DNA from: an uncultured delta proteobacterium
Lineage (GTDB): Bacteria > Myxococcota > Myxococcia > Myxococcales > Anaeromyxobacteraceae
Direction: 5' to 3'
Assembly (NCBI GenBank): GCA_963814585.1
Contig: CAWFDF010000008.1
Coordinates: 352,001 to 416,000, forward strand
DNA: 64,000 nucleotides
The notes under the pieces were generated by a model. That model had not been told where the DNA came from. It did not search any database and saw nothing but the letters and a program-made list of their open reading frames with translations. Below, piece after piece: positions 10,933 through 20,639 of this stretch. Both the position numbers and the translations under genes were made by a program. Numbering within the stretch: the stretch's first letter is position 1; each line of letters begins with the position of its first letter.

Positions 10933-12243
10933 TCACCCCGCGGTGCCTGGACCTCGGGCGGCGACGAGGGCCAGCCGCGCCTTCTCCCGGGCCAGCCACC
11001 ACTCCCAGGCCCGGCTCACCAGCACCATCGCCACCACCATGTTCACCATGGTGGACAGCAGCAGCGGCAGCGCCACGGCGTGCTCCAGCCCCATCAGCCG
11101 GGCGAAGCCTCCGTAGGTCAGCAGGAGCGAGACCATGTAGGCGACCAGCGACTGCCGCCCCAGCACGGAGAGCCAGGCCAGCGGTCTCTCGAGCAGGTCG
11201 GGAAGGAGCTGGAGCACCCCGGTGAGGCCGACGTGGATGGCCAGGCGGGTGAGGAACCAGCTGGGGGCGTTGATCCACCAGAAGACGGGATCGCTCACCG
11301 GCATGGTGACGTACGGGTCGATGAGCCGCCCCACCCCATAGATGACCGCGGCGATCCCCAGCACCAGGAACGGCCTGCTCTTGCCGGTCAGCAGCGGTGC
11401 CATGGTGGCGCCGGCCAGCAGGAAGGCGATCCAGTTGAAGAGCATGAACTGGCTGCGCGGGGGCAGGCCGTAGAGGTACGCGGCGGGGACGTCGAGCAGC
11501 TTCTCGAGCGGGCTGGCCGAGAGCTGCGCCAGGACCGCGGCCTGGTCCCGACCGGCCAGCGCCGCGCCCAGCCAGGGCGTGACGAAGACCACCACCAGGG
11601 CCGCGCCGGCCGTGAGCGCGACGGCGACCTTCCGCGGACGGCCGACGGCGAGCCAGGCCGAGACCATCATGCCGATGGCGATGACGTTGAGGACGTCGAC
11701 CTTGAGGATGTCGTGCCAGCCGTCCCAGCGCCAGGCGCCGCGCCAGAGGAAGGAGACCAGCACCAGCGCCAGCCCGCCCCAGATCGCCAGCCGGGGCCGG
11801 CGCGGGTGCCAGGCCCCCAGCTTCACCGAGAGCGTGAGGCCGAACCCGACCACCGAGAGGACGTCGACGCCCAGCACGTAGGGGATCCCCCAGCCCGGCC
11901 CCCAGGCGCCGCCGAGCACGAAGGAGGTGATCCGGAACAGGTAGGCGATCCCGAGCAGCCAGAGGCCGCGGCCGATGGCCGCCCTCCGCCTGGCCACCGG
12001 GTCGCCCCCCTTGCGCGCCTGGGCCTCGTCGGAGAGGGCCTGGGAGAGCCCGGCCATGTAGATGAAGCCCGGGGCGGCCAGCCCACCGATCCAGGTCAAG
12101 GCGTCGAAGAGCCCCTCGTGGCCCACCCGTCCGCCCGGGACGATCCAGGCGTCGAGGATGTGGAACTGGATCATGAACAGCACGGCCAGGCCGCGCTGCC
12201 AGTCGAGCCAGAGCTTCCGCTTGGGGGGGAGTGGAGGAGTCAC
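10933..12243 (-). CDS. Membrane acyltransferase, DUF1624/HGSNAT-like
   Basis: LDWQRGLAVLFMIQFH, AAPGF, GRQSLVAY; many TMs; start uncertain (12243 or 12264). Confidence 0.75.
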   Translation of the reverse strand: MTPPLPPKRKLWLDWQRGLAVLFMIQFHILDAWIVPGGRVGHEGLFDALTWIGGLAAPGFIYMAGLSQALSDEAQARKGGDPVARRRAAIGRGLWLLGIAYLFRITSFVLGGAWGPGWGIPYVLGVDVLSVVGFGLTLSVKLGAWHPRRPRLAIWGGLALVLVSFLWRGAWRWDGWHDILKVDVLNVIAIGMMVSAWLAVGRPRKVAVALTAGAALVVVFVTPWLGAALAGRDQAAVLAQLSASPLEKLLDVPAAYLYGLPPRSQFMLFNWIAFLLAGATMAPLLTGKSRPFLVLGIAAVIYGVGRLIDPYVTMPVSDPVFWWINAPSWFLTRLAIHVGLTGVLQLLPDLLERPLAWLSVLGRQSLVAYMVSLLLTYGGFARLMGLEHAVALPLLLSTMVNMVVAMVLVSRAWEWWLAREKARLALVAARGPGTAG

Positions 12244-12292
12244 GCCGTGGCCTCGAGCCGGCACCTGGCCGGCCCGTGGCCGGGCGGGCCGC

Positions 12293-12514
12293 TCACTTGT
12301 CGCGGTAGGTGATCCGCCCGCGGGTGAGGTCGTAGGGGGAGAGCTCGAGCTTGACGCGATCGCCCGGGATGATGCGGATGTGGAACTTCTTCATCTTGCC
12401 CGAGGCATAGGCGAGGACGATGGGCCCCTGATCGACCTTGACCCGGTACATGCCGCCGGCCAGGGCCTCGTCGACCATGCCCTGGACCTCGATGTTCGCT
12501 TCCTTCTCGCTCAC
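12293..12514 (-). CDS. infA: Translation initiation factor IF-1
   Basis: 73 aa; [30 protein letters not shown]. Confidence 0.95.
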   Translation of the reverse strand: MSEKEANIEVQGMVDEALAGGMYRVKVDQGPIVLAYASGKMKKFHIRIIPGDRVKLELSPYDLTRGRITYRDK

Positions 12515-12728
12515 TCGAACTACCCCTTCCGTCGCCGGCCCGGATGATCCCGGGGTCCCGTCCTGCCAGGCGCGCCACCCGTGAAGGCGGAGGCGCTCGA
12601 GGCCTTGGTGCGCGCACTCTTTACTACGAGCAGGTGACACCGGCCAAGGACCCGGGGGGATTCGGCTCGGCCCGCTGGTCCCTCCTTCGGGGGATGAGCT
12701 CGAGTGACGGTCAGCCGCCGCGCCCGGG

Positions 12729-13148
12729 TCACCCTCCCGACGCGGTGCGGAGCGACGCCGCCCGCTCGGCCACCGCCCCGTCGCCCTCGGCCAGGTGCTC
12801 GAGCAGCTCCAGCCCACGGTTCCTGTCCTCCGGGAACGGCAGGAGCCCCTCGGCCCGGGCCAGCTGGGCCTCCGGCGCCGCCGGCGCCAGGACGCCGGCC
12901 ACCTCGGCACAGAACCGGGCCGCCAGCGGCTGGCCGAGCGACCGGTGGACCCGCGCCAGCAGGATCCAGCCGCGTGCGTCCTTGGGGTTGGTCACCACCA
13001 ACCCCTCGAGGATGGTCCGGGCCGCCTCGGCGCGCCCGGCCGACAGCTCCACCTCGGCGATCCCGGCGATGGCTCCACCCAGCTCCTCGGTGAGCCCCAC
13101 CGCCTCGGCCAGCGTCGCCTCCTCCCGCCCGCTCGCGCGCGTCTCCAT
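12729..13148 (-). CDS. TPR protein, SycD/LcrH (class II T3SS chaperone)-like
   Basis: 139 aa, TPR-like helices [28 protein letters not shown]; starts 8 nt after the upstream gene. Confidence 0.6.
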   Translation of the reverse strand: METRASGREEATLAEAVGLTEELGGAIAGIAEVELSAGRAEAARTILEGLVVTNPKDARGWILLARVHRSLGQPLAARFCAEVAGVLAPAAPEAQLARAEGLLPFPEDRNRGLELLEHLAEGDGAVAERAASLRTASGG

Positions 13149-13156
13149 GGCGGGCC

Positions 13157-14074
13157 TCACCGGACGTTGCCGACGATCGCCATGCGCGTGTCGTGCTGCG
13201 CGCGCAGGATGTTGCTGACCATCGCGAACATCTCCTTCTGCTTGTCGATCAGCCGCTGCAGCTCCATGAGCTGCACCTGCTCGTTCTTGGCGGTGGAGGA
13301 CGACGTGGCCGCCGCCGTGGACGACGCCCCGGACGTGCTCGCCCCGTCCGCCGCGGCGGCCGCCTCGCCGCCGCCCAGCTTCCCGTTCATGATGGCCGAG
13401 GCCAGGTCCGGGCCGGCCTTCAGGGCCAGGGGCGCCAGCGCCGGCATCCCCAGCGCCGTCACCGCGGCGGCCAGCACCGGCCCCGACACCTGCGTGATCA
13501 TCGCCTTGAGCTTGGCGTCGCCGACCAGCTGCGCCGCCAGGCCGAGCGGCGGGATCAGCGCCTTCAACGCACTCCAGACGCTGGTCGCGGCCGGCTTCTT
13601 GGCGCCGCTCGACGAGCTGGATCCCGCCGCTCCCGCGGCCGTCCCGCCCTTCATCTCGTTCATCTTCTTCAGCACCTCGTCGTCGTTCCGCCTGGCGACG
13701 GCGCACATGAACTGGAAGAGCTTCTCCTCCACCGACAGCTTCGGATCCTTCAAGAAGGCGAAGCCGTCGCTGGCGGCCGCCTTGGCGTAGCCGCTCGACG
13801 CCGACGTGGTCGTGCCTCCGGTGGTCCTGGCGGTGGTCTTGGTGGTGCTCTTGGCGCCGCTCGCGCCGCTGGCCTTGGCGCCCTTGGTGGCGGCGCCCTT
13901 GGCGCTGGCGGTGCCGGCGTCGAGCATGGCGGTGAGGGCGTCGGGGGTGCGGGCACTGGCCAGGCCCCCGGCCGCTCCGGGGGCCCGGCCGGTCGAGGGC
14001 TTCGAGGTGGTGGCCGGGTCGAGCCCGGCGGTGAGCGTGACCGCGGCGCTGGTGACGGAAGAGAGCAGGTCCAT
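13157..14074 (-). CDS. Putative type III-secreted translocator/filament-like protein
   Basis: 305 aa; RBS AGGAGG; S/T/A-rich N-terminus, central hydrophobic segment, C-terminus MFAMVSNILRAQHDTRMAIVGNVR. Confidence 0.6.
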   Translation of the reverse strand: MDLLSSVTSAAVTLTAGLDPATTSKPSTGRAPGAAGGLASARTPDALTAMLDAGTASAKGAATKGAKASGASGAKSTTKTTARTTGGTTTSASSGYAKAAASDGFAFLKDPKLSVEEKLFQFMCAVARRNDDEVLKKMNEMKGGTAAGAAGSSSSSGAKKPAATSVWSALKALIPPLGLAAQLVGDAKLKAMITQVSGPVLAAAVTALGMPALAPLALKAGPDLASAIMNGKLGGGEAAAAADGASTSGASSTAAATSSSTAKNEQVQLMELQRLIDKQKEMFAMVSNILRAQHDTRMAIVGNVR

Positions 14075-14114
14075 GTGGTTCCCTCCTGGGAAGTGGGCGT
14101 TGCCGACCCGCCAG

Positions 14115-14130
14115 AGCGCGAGCCGTGCCA
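14115..14130 (-). promoter_or_regulatory. Putative sigma-54 (-24/-12) promoter
   Basis: TGGCACGGCTCGCGCT: TGGCACG with GG-N10-GC spacing, about 40 nt upstream of ATG 14074; -12 box imperfect. Confidence 0.6.
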
Positions 14131-14257
14131 TCCGGCGATTCCAGCGACTCCGCGAGGTTGGGCTCCCGCCACGAGCCGCGGCCGGTCCGCGAGGCCGCCG
14201 CCGGTCCGCGAATCGACCGATTGACGGCACGGGGCCCGACCCCTAGATTCGGCCGCC

Positions 14258-14671
14258 ATGCGCTACCTCGGCCTCGACGTGGGCCGCGCGCGGATCGGGC
14301 TGGCACTGGCCGACGACGTGCTGCGGACCGCCCGGGCACACCGCACCGTTCCCCGCCGTGGCGACGTCGCCGACCTCGACGCCATCGCCGGGGTGGCCGC
14401 CGAGTTCGAGGTGACGCGCGCCGTGGTCGGCCTGCCGCTCAACATGGACGGGACCGAGGGTGCCTCGGCGCGGATGGCCAGGGCCTTCGCCGCCGGCCTG
14501 GCGTCGAGGCTCGGGATCCCGGTCGTGCTCCACGACGAGCGGCTCTCCACCTTCGAGGCCTCGACGCGGCTGCGCGAGCAGGGCCTGTCGGCGCGAGACC
14601 AGAAGGGCGTCATCGACGCCGAGGCGGCCGCGGTCATCCTGCAGGGATGGCTGGACGGGAGGACGGCGTGA
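14258..14671 (+). CDS. ruvX: YqgF/RuvX pre-16S rRNA nuclease
   Basis: LGLDVG..RIGLA, VVGLPLNMDG, DERLST, IDAEAAAVILQ. Confidence 0.93.
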   Translation: MRYLGLDVGRARIGLALADDVLRTARAHRTVPRRGDVADLDAIAGVAAEFEVTRAVVGLPLNMDGTEGASARMARAFAAGLASRLGIPVVLHDERLSTFEASTRLREQGLSARDQKGVIDAEAAAVILQGWLDGRTA

Positions 14672-15714
14672 GGCGGGTGCTCCGGGCCGTGCTGGCCCTG
14701 CTGGCGGCCGTGCTGCTCGTCGCCGGCGTCGCCGCCGTCCTGCTCTGGCGGCAGGTCGACACGTTCCGCGCCGCGCCCTTCGGGTCCGCCGAGGAGAAGG
14801 TGGTCGAGGTGCCGCCCGGCGCCTCGCCCCGCGCGGTGATCAAGGCCCTGGCCCGGGCGGGCGTCCTCGCCGACGCCGAGCTGGCGTGGCGCCTGGTCCG
14901 CTTCGTGAAGCGCGACCCCCGGCAGTTCAAGGCCGGCGAGTACGCCTTCGCCGGCCCGCTCACCCCGGACGAGGTGCTGGAGCGGATCTCCAGGGGCGAG
15001 GTCCGGCTCTACCGCTTCACCGTGCCCGAGGGGATCCGGCTCGATGACATCGCCGAGATCGTCGGGCGCAGCGGCCTGGCCTCCGCCGAGAACTTCCTGC
15101 TGCTGGCCCACTCCACCGCCGAGGCCCACGCCCTGGGCGTCCCCGCCGACACCCTCGAGGGCTACCTCTTCCCGGACACCTACGCCTTCGCGCGCGGCGT
15201 GACCGCCCGGCAGATCCTCGAGGCCATGGTGCGCCGCGCCCACCTCGAGTACGAGAAGGCCGACGCCCTTCGCTCGCCCGAGGTGAAGCTGGACCGCGCC
15301 GAGACCATGACGCTGGCCTCGATCATCGAGAAGGAGACCGGCCAGGCGGCGGAGCGGACCCGCATCAGCTGCGTCTTCCACAACCGGCTGGCGCGCCGCA
15401 TCCCGCTGGCCACCGATCCGACCGTGATGTACGCCACCTACCTGCGCACCGGCCGCTGGTCGAGGAACATCAGCCGCGCCGATCTGCGCGCGCCGCACCC
15501 CTACAACACCTACCTGCTGCCGGGGCTGCCCCCCGGGCCCATCGCCAGCCCGGGCGCGGCGGCCATCCAGGCGGCCCTCGCCCCCTCGGCCTGCACCGAC
15601 CTCTTCTTCGTCTCCCGCAACGACGGCACCCACGTCTTCTGCCCCGACCTGGCCTGCCACGAGCGGGCGGTGAAGGAGTGGCAGGTGGAGTACTTCAGGC
15701 GCAAGAGGAACTGA
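14668..15714 (+). CDS. mltG: Endolytic transglycosylase MltG
   Basis: TVPEG, LEGYLFPDTY, LASIIEKET, PYNTY..PGLPPGPIASPG. Confidence 0.95.
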   Translation: MRRVLRAVLALLAAVLLVAGVAAVLLWRQVDTFRAAPFGSAEEKVVEVPPGASPRAVIKALARAGVLADAELAWRLVRFVKRDPRQFKAGEYAFAGPLTPDEVLERISRGEVRLYRFTVPEGIRLDDIAEIVGRSGLASAENFLLLAHSTAEAHALGVPADTLEGYLFPDTYAFARGVTARQILEAMVRRAHLEYEKADALRSPEVKLDRAETMTLASIIEKETGQAAERTRISCVFHNRLARRIPLATDPTVMYATYLRTGRWSRNISRADLRAPHPYNTYLLPGLPPGPIASPGAAAIQAALAPSACTDLFFVSRNDGTHVFCPDLACHERAVKEWQVEYFRRKRN

Positions 15715-15778
15715 GCCCGACGCCGACGGTCCGCCGGCCGCTTGGGAGCGCCGATCGACCGTGGTAGCTTCCGCGCGC

Positions 15779-17125
15779 ATGTTCGACGAGGCCCGCACCC
15801 CCCGCCGCCGCACCACCCTCCTCGCCTGGATGCTCGGGCTGGGCGCGTTCGGCGGCCTGTTCTGGTACGGGACCGTCGGCCATCACGCCCCGGTCCCGGT
15901 GGCGCCGGCGCCACCACCGCCGCGGCCGCCTCCGCCGCCGCCGCCCCCGGAGCGGTTCGAGATCACCACCATCCGGCTCGGCCGCGACCAGACGCTCGGG
16001 CAGGTCCTGCCGAAGCTCAAGCTGACGGGCGCCGAGGGCGCCGCCGTGGTCGGCGCGCTCGACCGTCACTTCCCGGCGCGCAAGGCCCGCACCGGGGACC
16101 AGCTGATCGTGGAGCGGCGCGCCGGCGATCCGGCCCTGTTCCGCCTCACCTACCGCCAGGGCCGGGCCGAGGAGTACGTGGTGTCCCGCCACGCCAGCGG
16201 CGCCTGGGAGGCCACCCGGCGCCCGGTGGAGCTGGTCACCGAGGTGGCGCGAGTCAGCGTCGAGGTGAGGGACTCGCTCTACCTGTCGCTGCGCGACACC
16301 GACGAGGACCCTAGCCTGGCGGTGCTCGCCTCCGACGTGCTGGCCTGGGACGTCGACTTCTACCGGGACGTCCGTGGCGGTGACCGGATGACGGTCCTGG
16401 TCGAGAAGGTCATCGCCGACGGGCGGCTGCTGCGCTACGGCGAGATCCAGGCCGTCGAGTACCAGGGCAAGACGGCGGGGACCCGGCGGCTCTTCCGCTG
16501 GACCGCGCCCGACGGCCAGACCAGCTACTTCGACGACGAGGGGCAGAGCGCCCGCCGTGGCTTCCTGAAGGCGCCGCTCCAGTACAGCCACGTCACCTCG
16601 GGCTTCGGCAACCGGAGCCACCCGCTGCTCGGCTACCAGGCGGCCCACATGGGCGTCGACTACGGCGCCCCCCCGGGCACGCCGGTGTGGGCGGTGGGCG
16701 ACGGCGTGGTGAGGCAGGCGGGCTGGAACGGCGGCTGCGGACTCTCGGTCACCCTCCGCCACCGCAACGGGCTGGAGACGCTCTACTGCCACCTGTCGGC
16801 GATCTCCGTCGCGGCCGGCAAGCCCGTCGCGCAGAAGCAGCGCATCGGCGCCGTCGGCTCGACCGGCCTCTCCACCGGCCCGCACCTCCACTACGCGGTG
16901 CTCCGGGGCGGGGCCTACATCAACCCGACCCAGCTCAAGGTGCCGCGCGACTCGCCGGTGCGCGCCGCGTGGCTCCCGGGCTTCCAGGACGACATCGCGC
17001 CCCTGCGGACCCGGCTCGACGGGGTGGCGGTGGCGAGCATGGCGCCGGCGGCCGCGCCACCGGCCATGGCCCCCGCCCGGGCCGCGCCTACCGGCGACGG
17101 CGGCGGCGCGCCCGCTCTGCGGTGA
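15779..17125 (+). CDS. M23 family metallopeptidase (MepM-like)
   Basis: H.GVDY and STGPHLHY motifs; N-terminal TM. Confidence 0.92.
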   Translation: MFDEARTPRRRTTLLAWMLGLGAFGGLFWYGTVGHHAPVPVAPAPPPPRPPPPPPPPERFEITTIRLGRDQTLGQVLPKLKLTGAEGAAVVGALDRHFPARKARTGDQLIVERRAGDPALFRLTYRQGRAEEYVVSRHASGAWEATRRPVELVTEVARVSVEVRDSLYLSLRDTDEDPSLAVLASDVLAWDVDFYRDVRGGDRMTVLVEKVIADGRLLRYGEIQAVEYQGKTAGTRRLFRWTAPDGQTSYFDDEGQSARRGFLKAPLQYSHVTSGFGNRSHPLLGYQAAHMGVDYGAPPGTPVWAVGDGVVRQAGWNGGCGLSVTLRHRNGLETLYCHLSAISVAAGKPVAQKQRIGAVGSTGLSTGPHLHYAVLRGGAYINPTQLKVPRDSPVRAAWLPGFQDDIAPLRTRLDGVAVASMAPAAAPPAMAPARAAPTGDGGGAPALR

Positions 17126-19130
17126 GCGGCTTCTCGCCGACCACCTTCCCGTTCAGCGCCGTCACCAGCGGATCCACCGCCTCTGGAGCCACCTCGACGA
17201 AGGTGTGGCTGCGGCGCAGCTCGATCAGCAGCAGCTCGGTGCCCGGCACGCTGCTGGCCACCAGCTCGCGGACCCTGGCCTCGTCGGCGCCGCCCTCCTC
17301 GCCCCAGGAGATGAAGACCCGTCCACGGGAGGGCTTCGGCTCGCTGGCCTCGCTCCGGCCGGCGGCCTCGAGCTCCGGCGACGGCTCGCGCTCCGCCGAC
17401 ACCTCGCGCGCCGGGGGCTGGCGGTCGGGTGCCGGGGTGCGCTCGTGCGCATCCTCCAGCGTGGCCGAGACCTCCACGGATGGGATGCCGGAGAGATCGG
17501 CCTCCGGCCGATCGACCCGGGCCGGGCGCGGCGGACGCGGACGATCCTCGCGCGGACGGTCCTCGCGGGTCGGGCGGGTCTCGCGGGGTCGATCCTCGCG
17601 GGCGCGATCCGGCCGGGGCCGATCCTCGCCGTCACGCCGCGGCCCGCGGTCGCGCTCGCCACGCCGGCCGTCGCGGGGGCCCCGGCTCTCGCGCTCCCGG
17701 TCCTTGACGAAGCTCTTCTCCAGCAGCTCCTTCCGCTCGTGCTCCACCCGCTTGTGCTCGGCCTTCTGCAGGTCGGTCATCTTCTCGATGCGGTGGTGCT
17801 GGAAGAAGTACTTGAGCGCGAAGGCCGTGAGGTAGTCGCCGTCGGGGCGCCCCTTGAGCTGCTGCGCCAGCGGAATGTAGGCCTCGAAGATCGAGGCGCT
17901 CATCGCCTCCTTCAGCTCGGCCACGTGGCGCTCGGTCCAGCGGCCCTTGGCCTCCTCCGGGGTCGGCAGCTTGCGCTCCTCGAAGTCGATGCTGAACTTC
18001 TTCTGCAGGGCCGAGAGGGTCATGATCTCGGCGCCGGAGACCAGCGAGAGGCTGGTGCCCTTCTTGCCGATGCGGCCGGTGCGGCCGACCCGGTGCATGA
18101 AGACCGAGGGGTCCTCCGGCAGCGAGTAGTTCACCACGTGCGACAGGTCGGAGATGTCGATGCCGCGCGCCGCGATGTCGGTGGCCACCATGAAGCGGAC
18201 CTCGCCGCGCTTCACCTTGGCCATCACCCGCTCGCGCTCCTTCTGCGGCAGGTCGCCGTTGAGCAGCTCGGCGTCGTAGCCGTTCCGGTTCAGGACGGCG
18301 CAGACCAGCGAGGTGTCGCTGCGGGTGTTGCAGAAGACGATGGCCGTCTCCGGCTCCTCCTGCTCGATCATGTACAGCAGGTTGCGCGGCTTCGGGTAGG
18401 CGTCGACCGTGTGGTAGAGCACGTTGTGGATGTTGTCGACGCGGTACTCGTCCCCGGAGAGCAGGATGGTCTCCGGCGCGGTCAGGTACTGGCGGATGAT
18501 CTGCTCGATGTCGGCCGGCACGGTGGCCGAGAAGAGCAGCTGCTGGCAGGTGTCGGGCAAGTGGTCGAGGATGCGGGTGACCTCCTCGAAGAAGCCCATG
18601 TTGAGCATCTCGTCGGCCTCGTCCAGCACCGAGACCACGCACTCGTCCAGGACCAGGGTCTTGCGCCGGATGTGGTCGAAGACGCGGCCCGGCGTGCCGA
18701 CCACGATCTCGGCCCCCGCCTTGAGCTTGTCGAGCTGCTCGCCCATGGAGGCGCCGCCGTAGATGGCCACCACCGAGAGGTCACGGTGCCTGGCCAGGGC
18801 CTCGAACTCCTGCGCCACCTGGATGGCCAGCTCGCGGGTCGGGCACATCACCAGCACCGAGGGCTTGCGCCGGGCGTCGGGGATCCGCTCCAGGATGGGG
18901 ATGGCGAAGGCGGCGGTCTTGCCGGTGCCGGTCTTGGACCGGACGATGACGTCCTTGCCGTCGCGGACCGGGCGGAAGGTGCGGGACTGGACCGGGGTCG
19001 GCTTGGTGTAGCCGTGCTCGGCGATGGCGCGGCGGAGGGGCTCCGCCAGGTTCATCTCGTCGAAGGAAGCGTCCGAGACGTAATCGGACGCCGTCGAGGC
19101 CAGGGCCTCGGGCTGCTGCTCGTTCTCCAT
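17088..19130 (-). CDS. DEAD-box RNA helicase with C-terminal DbpA-type RNA-binding domain
   Basis: PTPVQ, TGTGKT, PTRELA, DEAD, SAT, ARGID, HRVGRTGR; R/E/D/P-rich linker. Confidence 0.95.
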   Translation of the reverse strand: MENEQQPEALASTASDYVSDASFDEMNLAEPLRRAIAEHGYTKPTPVQSRTFRPVRDGKDVIVRSKTGTGKTAAFAIPILERIPDARRKPSVLVMCPTRELAIQVAQEFEALARHRDLSVVAIYGGASMGEQLDKLKAGAEIVVGTPGRVFDHIRRKTLVLDECVVSVLDEADEMLNMGFFEEVTRILDHLPDTCQQLLFSATVPADIEQIIRQYLTAPETILLSGDEYRVDNIHNVLYHTVDAYPKPRNLLYMIEQEEPETAIVFCNTRSDTSLVCAVLNRNGYDAELLNGDLPQKERERVMAKVKRGEVRFMVATDIAARGIDISDLSHVVNYSLPEDPSVFMHRVGRTGRIGKKGTSLSLVSGAEIMTLSALQKKFSIDFEERKLPTPEEAKGRWTERHVAELKEAMSASIFEAYIPLAQQLKGRPDGDYLTAFALKYFFQHHRIEKMTDLQKAEHKRVEHERKELLEKSFVKDRERESRGPRDGRRGERDRGPRRDGEDRPRPDRAREDRPRETRPTREDRPREDRPRPPRPARVDRPEADLSGIPSVEVSATLEDAHERTPAPDRQPPAREVSAEREPSPELEAAGRSEASEPKPSRGRVFISWGEEGGADEARVRELVASSVPGTELLLIELRRSHTFVEVAPEAVDPLVTALNGKVVGEKPLTAERARRRRRR

Positions 19131-19330
19131 GTCACCACTCGCTTCGTTGAGTGGCGCATGGCGGCTTCGCCCGTTCCGCGAGGGCCTCGGTCCGCCCGAG
19201 GGGACCGGAGACCACGCCGCACTTGCGAGCACCGCCATGCGCCGGTGGTCCTCCCGCGGCTTGCACGGGAGGCGGGCCACCTTGTATCACAGCGGCGGGG
19301 GCAGGCAGAAGTCCGCGGCCTTCCACGCCC

Positions 19331-20296
19331 ATGCCCGACGACCTCGCCGACGACAGCGGAGACCAGGACGAGCGGCCCTTGCCGGTCCCCTCCGGGGGCG
19401 CCCGCCAGCCCGGGGGGCTGACCCGCTACGACCCGCTTCGCGCCTACATGGCGGAGGTCTCGCGCCACCCGCTGCTCACCCGCGAGGAGGAGCACGAGCT
19501 GGCGGTCCGCTACCGCGAGACCGGCGACGTGCAGGCCGCCTACCGGCTGGTGGCCTCCAACCTGCGCCTGGTGGTGAAGATCGCCCACGAGTACCGCCGC
19601 ACCGCCTTCCAGCTCCTCGACCTGATCCAGGAGGGCAACCTTGGCCTGATGCAGGCGGTGAAGAAGTACGACCCGCTCAAGGGCGTGAAGCTCTCCTCCT
19701 ACGCCGCCTGGTGGATCCGCGCCTACATCATCCGCTTCCTGATGGAGAACTGGCGCCTGGTGCGGCTCGGCACCACCCAGGCCCAGCGCAAGCTCTTCTT
19801 CAACCTCTCCAAGGAGCGGGAGAAGCTGATCGCGCGCGGCATCGACCCGACCCCGCGGCTGCTGGCCAGGAACCTCGACGTCGAGGAGCAGGAGGTGGAG
19901 GAGATGTCGGCGCGGATGGGCGCCGACGACCTCTCGCTCGACTCGCCGGCGCGCGGCTCCGAGGAGGGCGCGGCCACGCCGCTGGACCGGCTCCCGTCGG
20001 CGGGGGCGCCAGCCGCCGACGTGGCCCTGGGGGAGGAGCAGGTGCGCCGCCTCTTCCGGGAGCAGCTCGAGCGCTTCGCCGCCACCATCACCGACGAGAA
20101 GGAGCGCTTCATCTTCGAGCACCGGCTGCTGCCGCCGGAGGGGACGGAGCCGCTGACGCTCCAGGAGGTGGGCGATCGCTACCGGCTCACCCGGGAGCGG
20201 GCCAGGCAGATCGAGGCCAAGCTCACGGCCCGCCTCCGCGAGCACCTGCGCCAGGCCATCCCGGACTTCGAGCTGCTCGGCCCGCCGGCCGACTAG
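19331..20296 (+). CDS. rpoH: Sigma-32 (RpoH)-family sigma factor
   Basis: NLRLVV, DLIQEGNLGL, YAAWWIRA, RpoH box QRKLFFNL, TRERARQIE. Confidence 0.85.
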   Translation: MPDDLADDSGDQDERPLPVPSGGARQPGGLTRYDPLRAYMAEVSRHPLLTREEEHELAVRYRETGDVQAAYRLVASNLRLVVKIAHEYRRTAFQLLDLIQEGNLGLMQAVKKYDPLKGVKLSSYAAWWIRAYIIRFLMENWRLVRLGTTQAQRKLFFNLSKEREKLIARGIDPTPRLLARNLDVEEQEVEEMSARMGADDLSLDSPARGSEEGAATPLDRLPSAGAPAADVALGEEQVRRLFREQLERFAATITDEKERFIFEHRLLPPEGTEPLTLQEVGDRYRLTRERARQIEAKLTARLREHLRQAIPDFELLGPPAD

Positions 20297-20356
20297 GCGC
20301 TCGGCTGGTCGACGCCTGGGCTCCCTGAGACCGTGCCAGACGCCGCTGGGGCGGGC

Positions 20357-20614
20357 TCAGCCGAGCAGCACGCTCGCCGTGATGAGCAGCGCCGCGGCCA
20401 GCCCGGCGACGCCGACCAGGACCGCGGCCGGCTCGGGCCTGAGAGACGCCAGCACCTCCGCCGCAGCAACCTGGTCGGCCTCGGTCGCGGCCACGTCGGC
20501 CAGCAGCGCCAGGGCCTCGGCCCGCGCCGCGCGGTGATCGCCGGCCTCGAGCCGCTCCCCCAGCCGGCCCGCCGCGCCGCGATCCCTCCTGAGCTCCTTC
20601 TTCACCTTGCCCAT
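20357..20614 (-). CDS. Small hypothetical protein with C-terminal TM
   Basis: 85-aa ORF filling the intergenic gap, GC3-rich codons. Confidence 0.55.
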   Translation of the reverse strand: MGKVKKELRRDRGAAGRLGERLEAGDHRAARAEALALLADVAATEADQVAAAEVLASLRPEPAAVLVGVAGLAAALLITASVLLG

Positions 20615-20639
20615 GACGTGCAGCGTATCATGCGCCGCG

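Noticed and set aside
17088..17125. Convergent 38-nt overlap of the M23 peptidase and helicase genes
   Set aside because: Involves only low-complexity tails; common in GC-rich genomes.
17510..17700. Repeated REDRP-type units
   Set aside because: Low-complexity linker within the helicase CDS, not a DNA repeat array.
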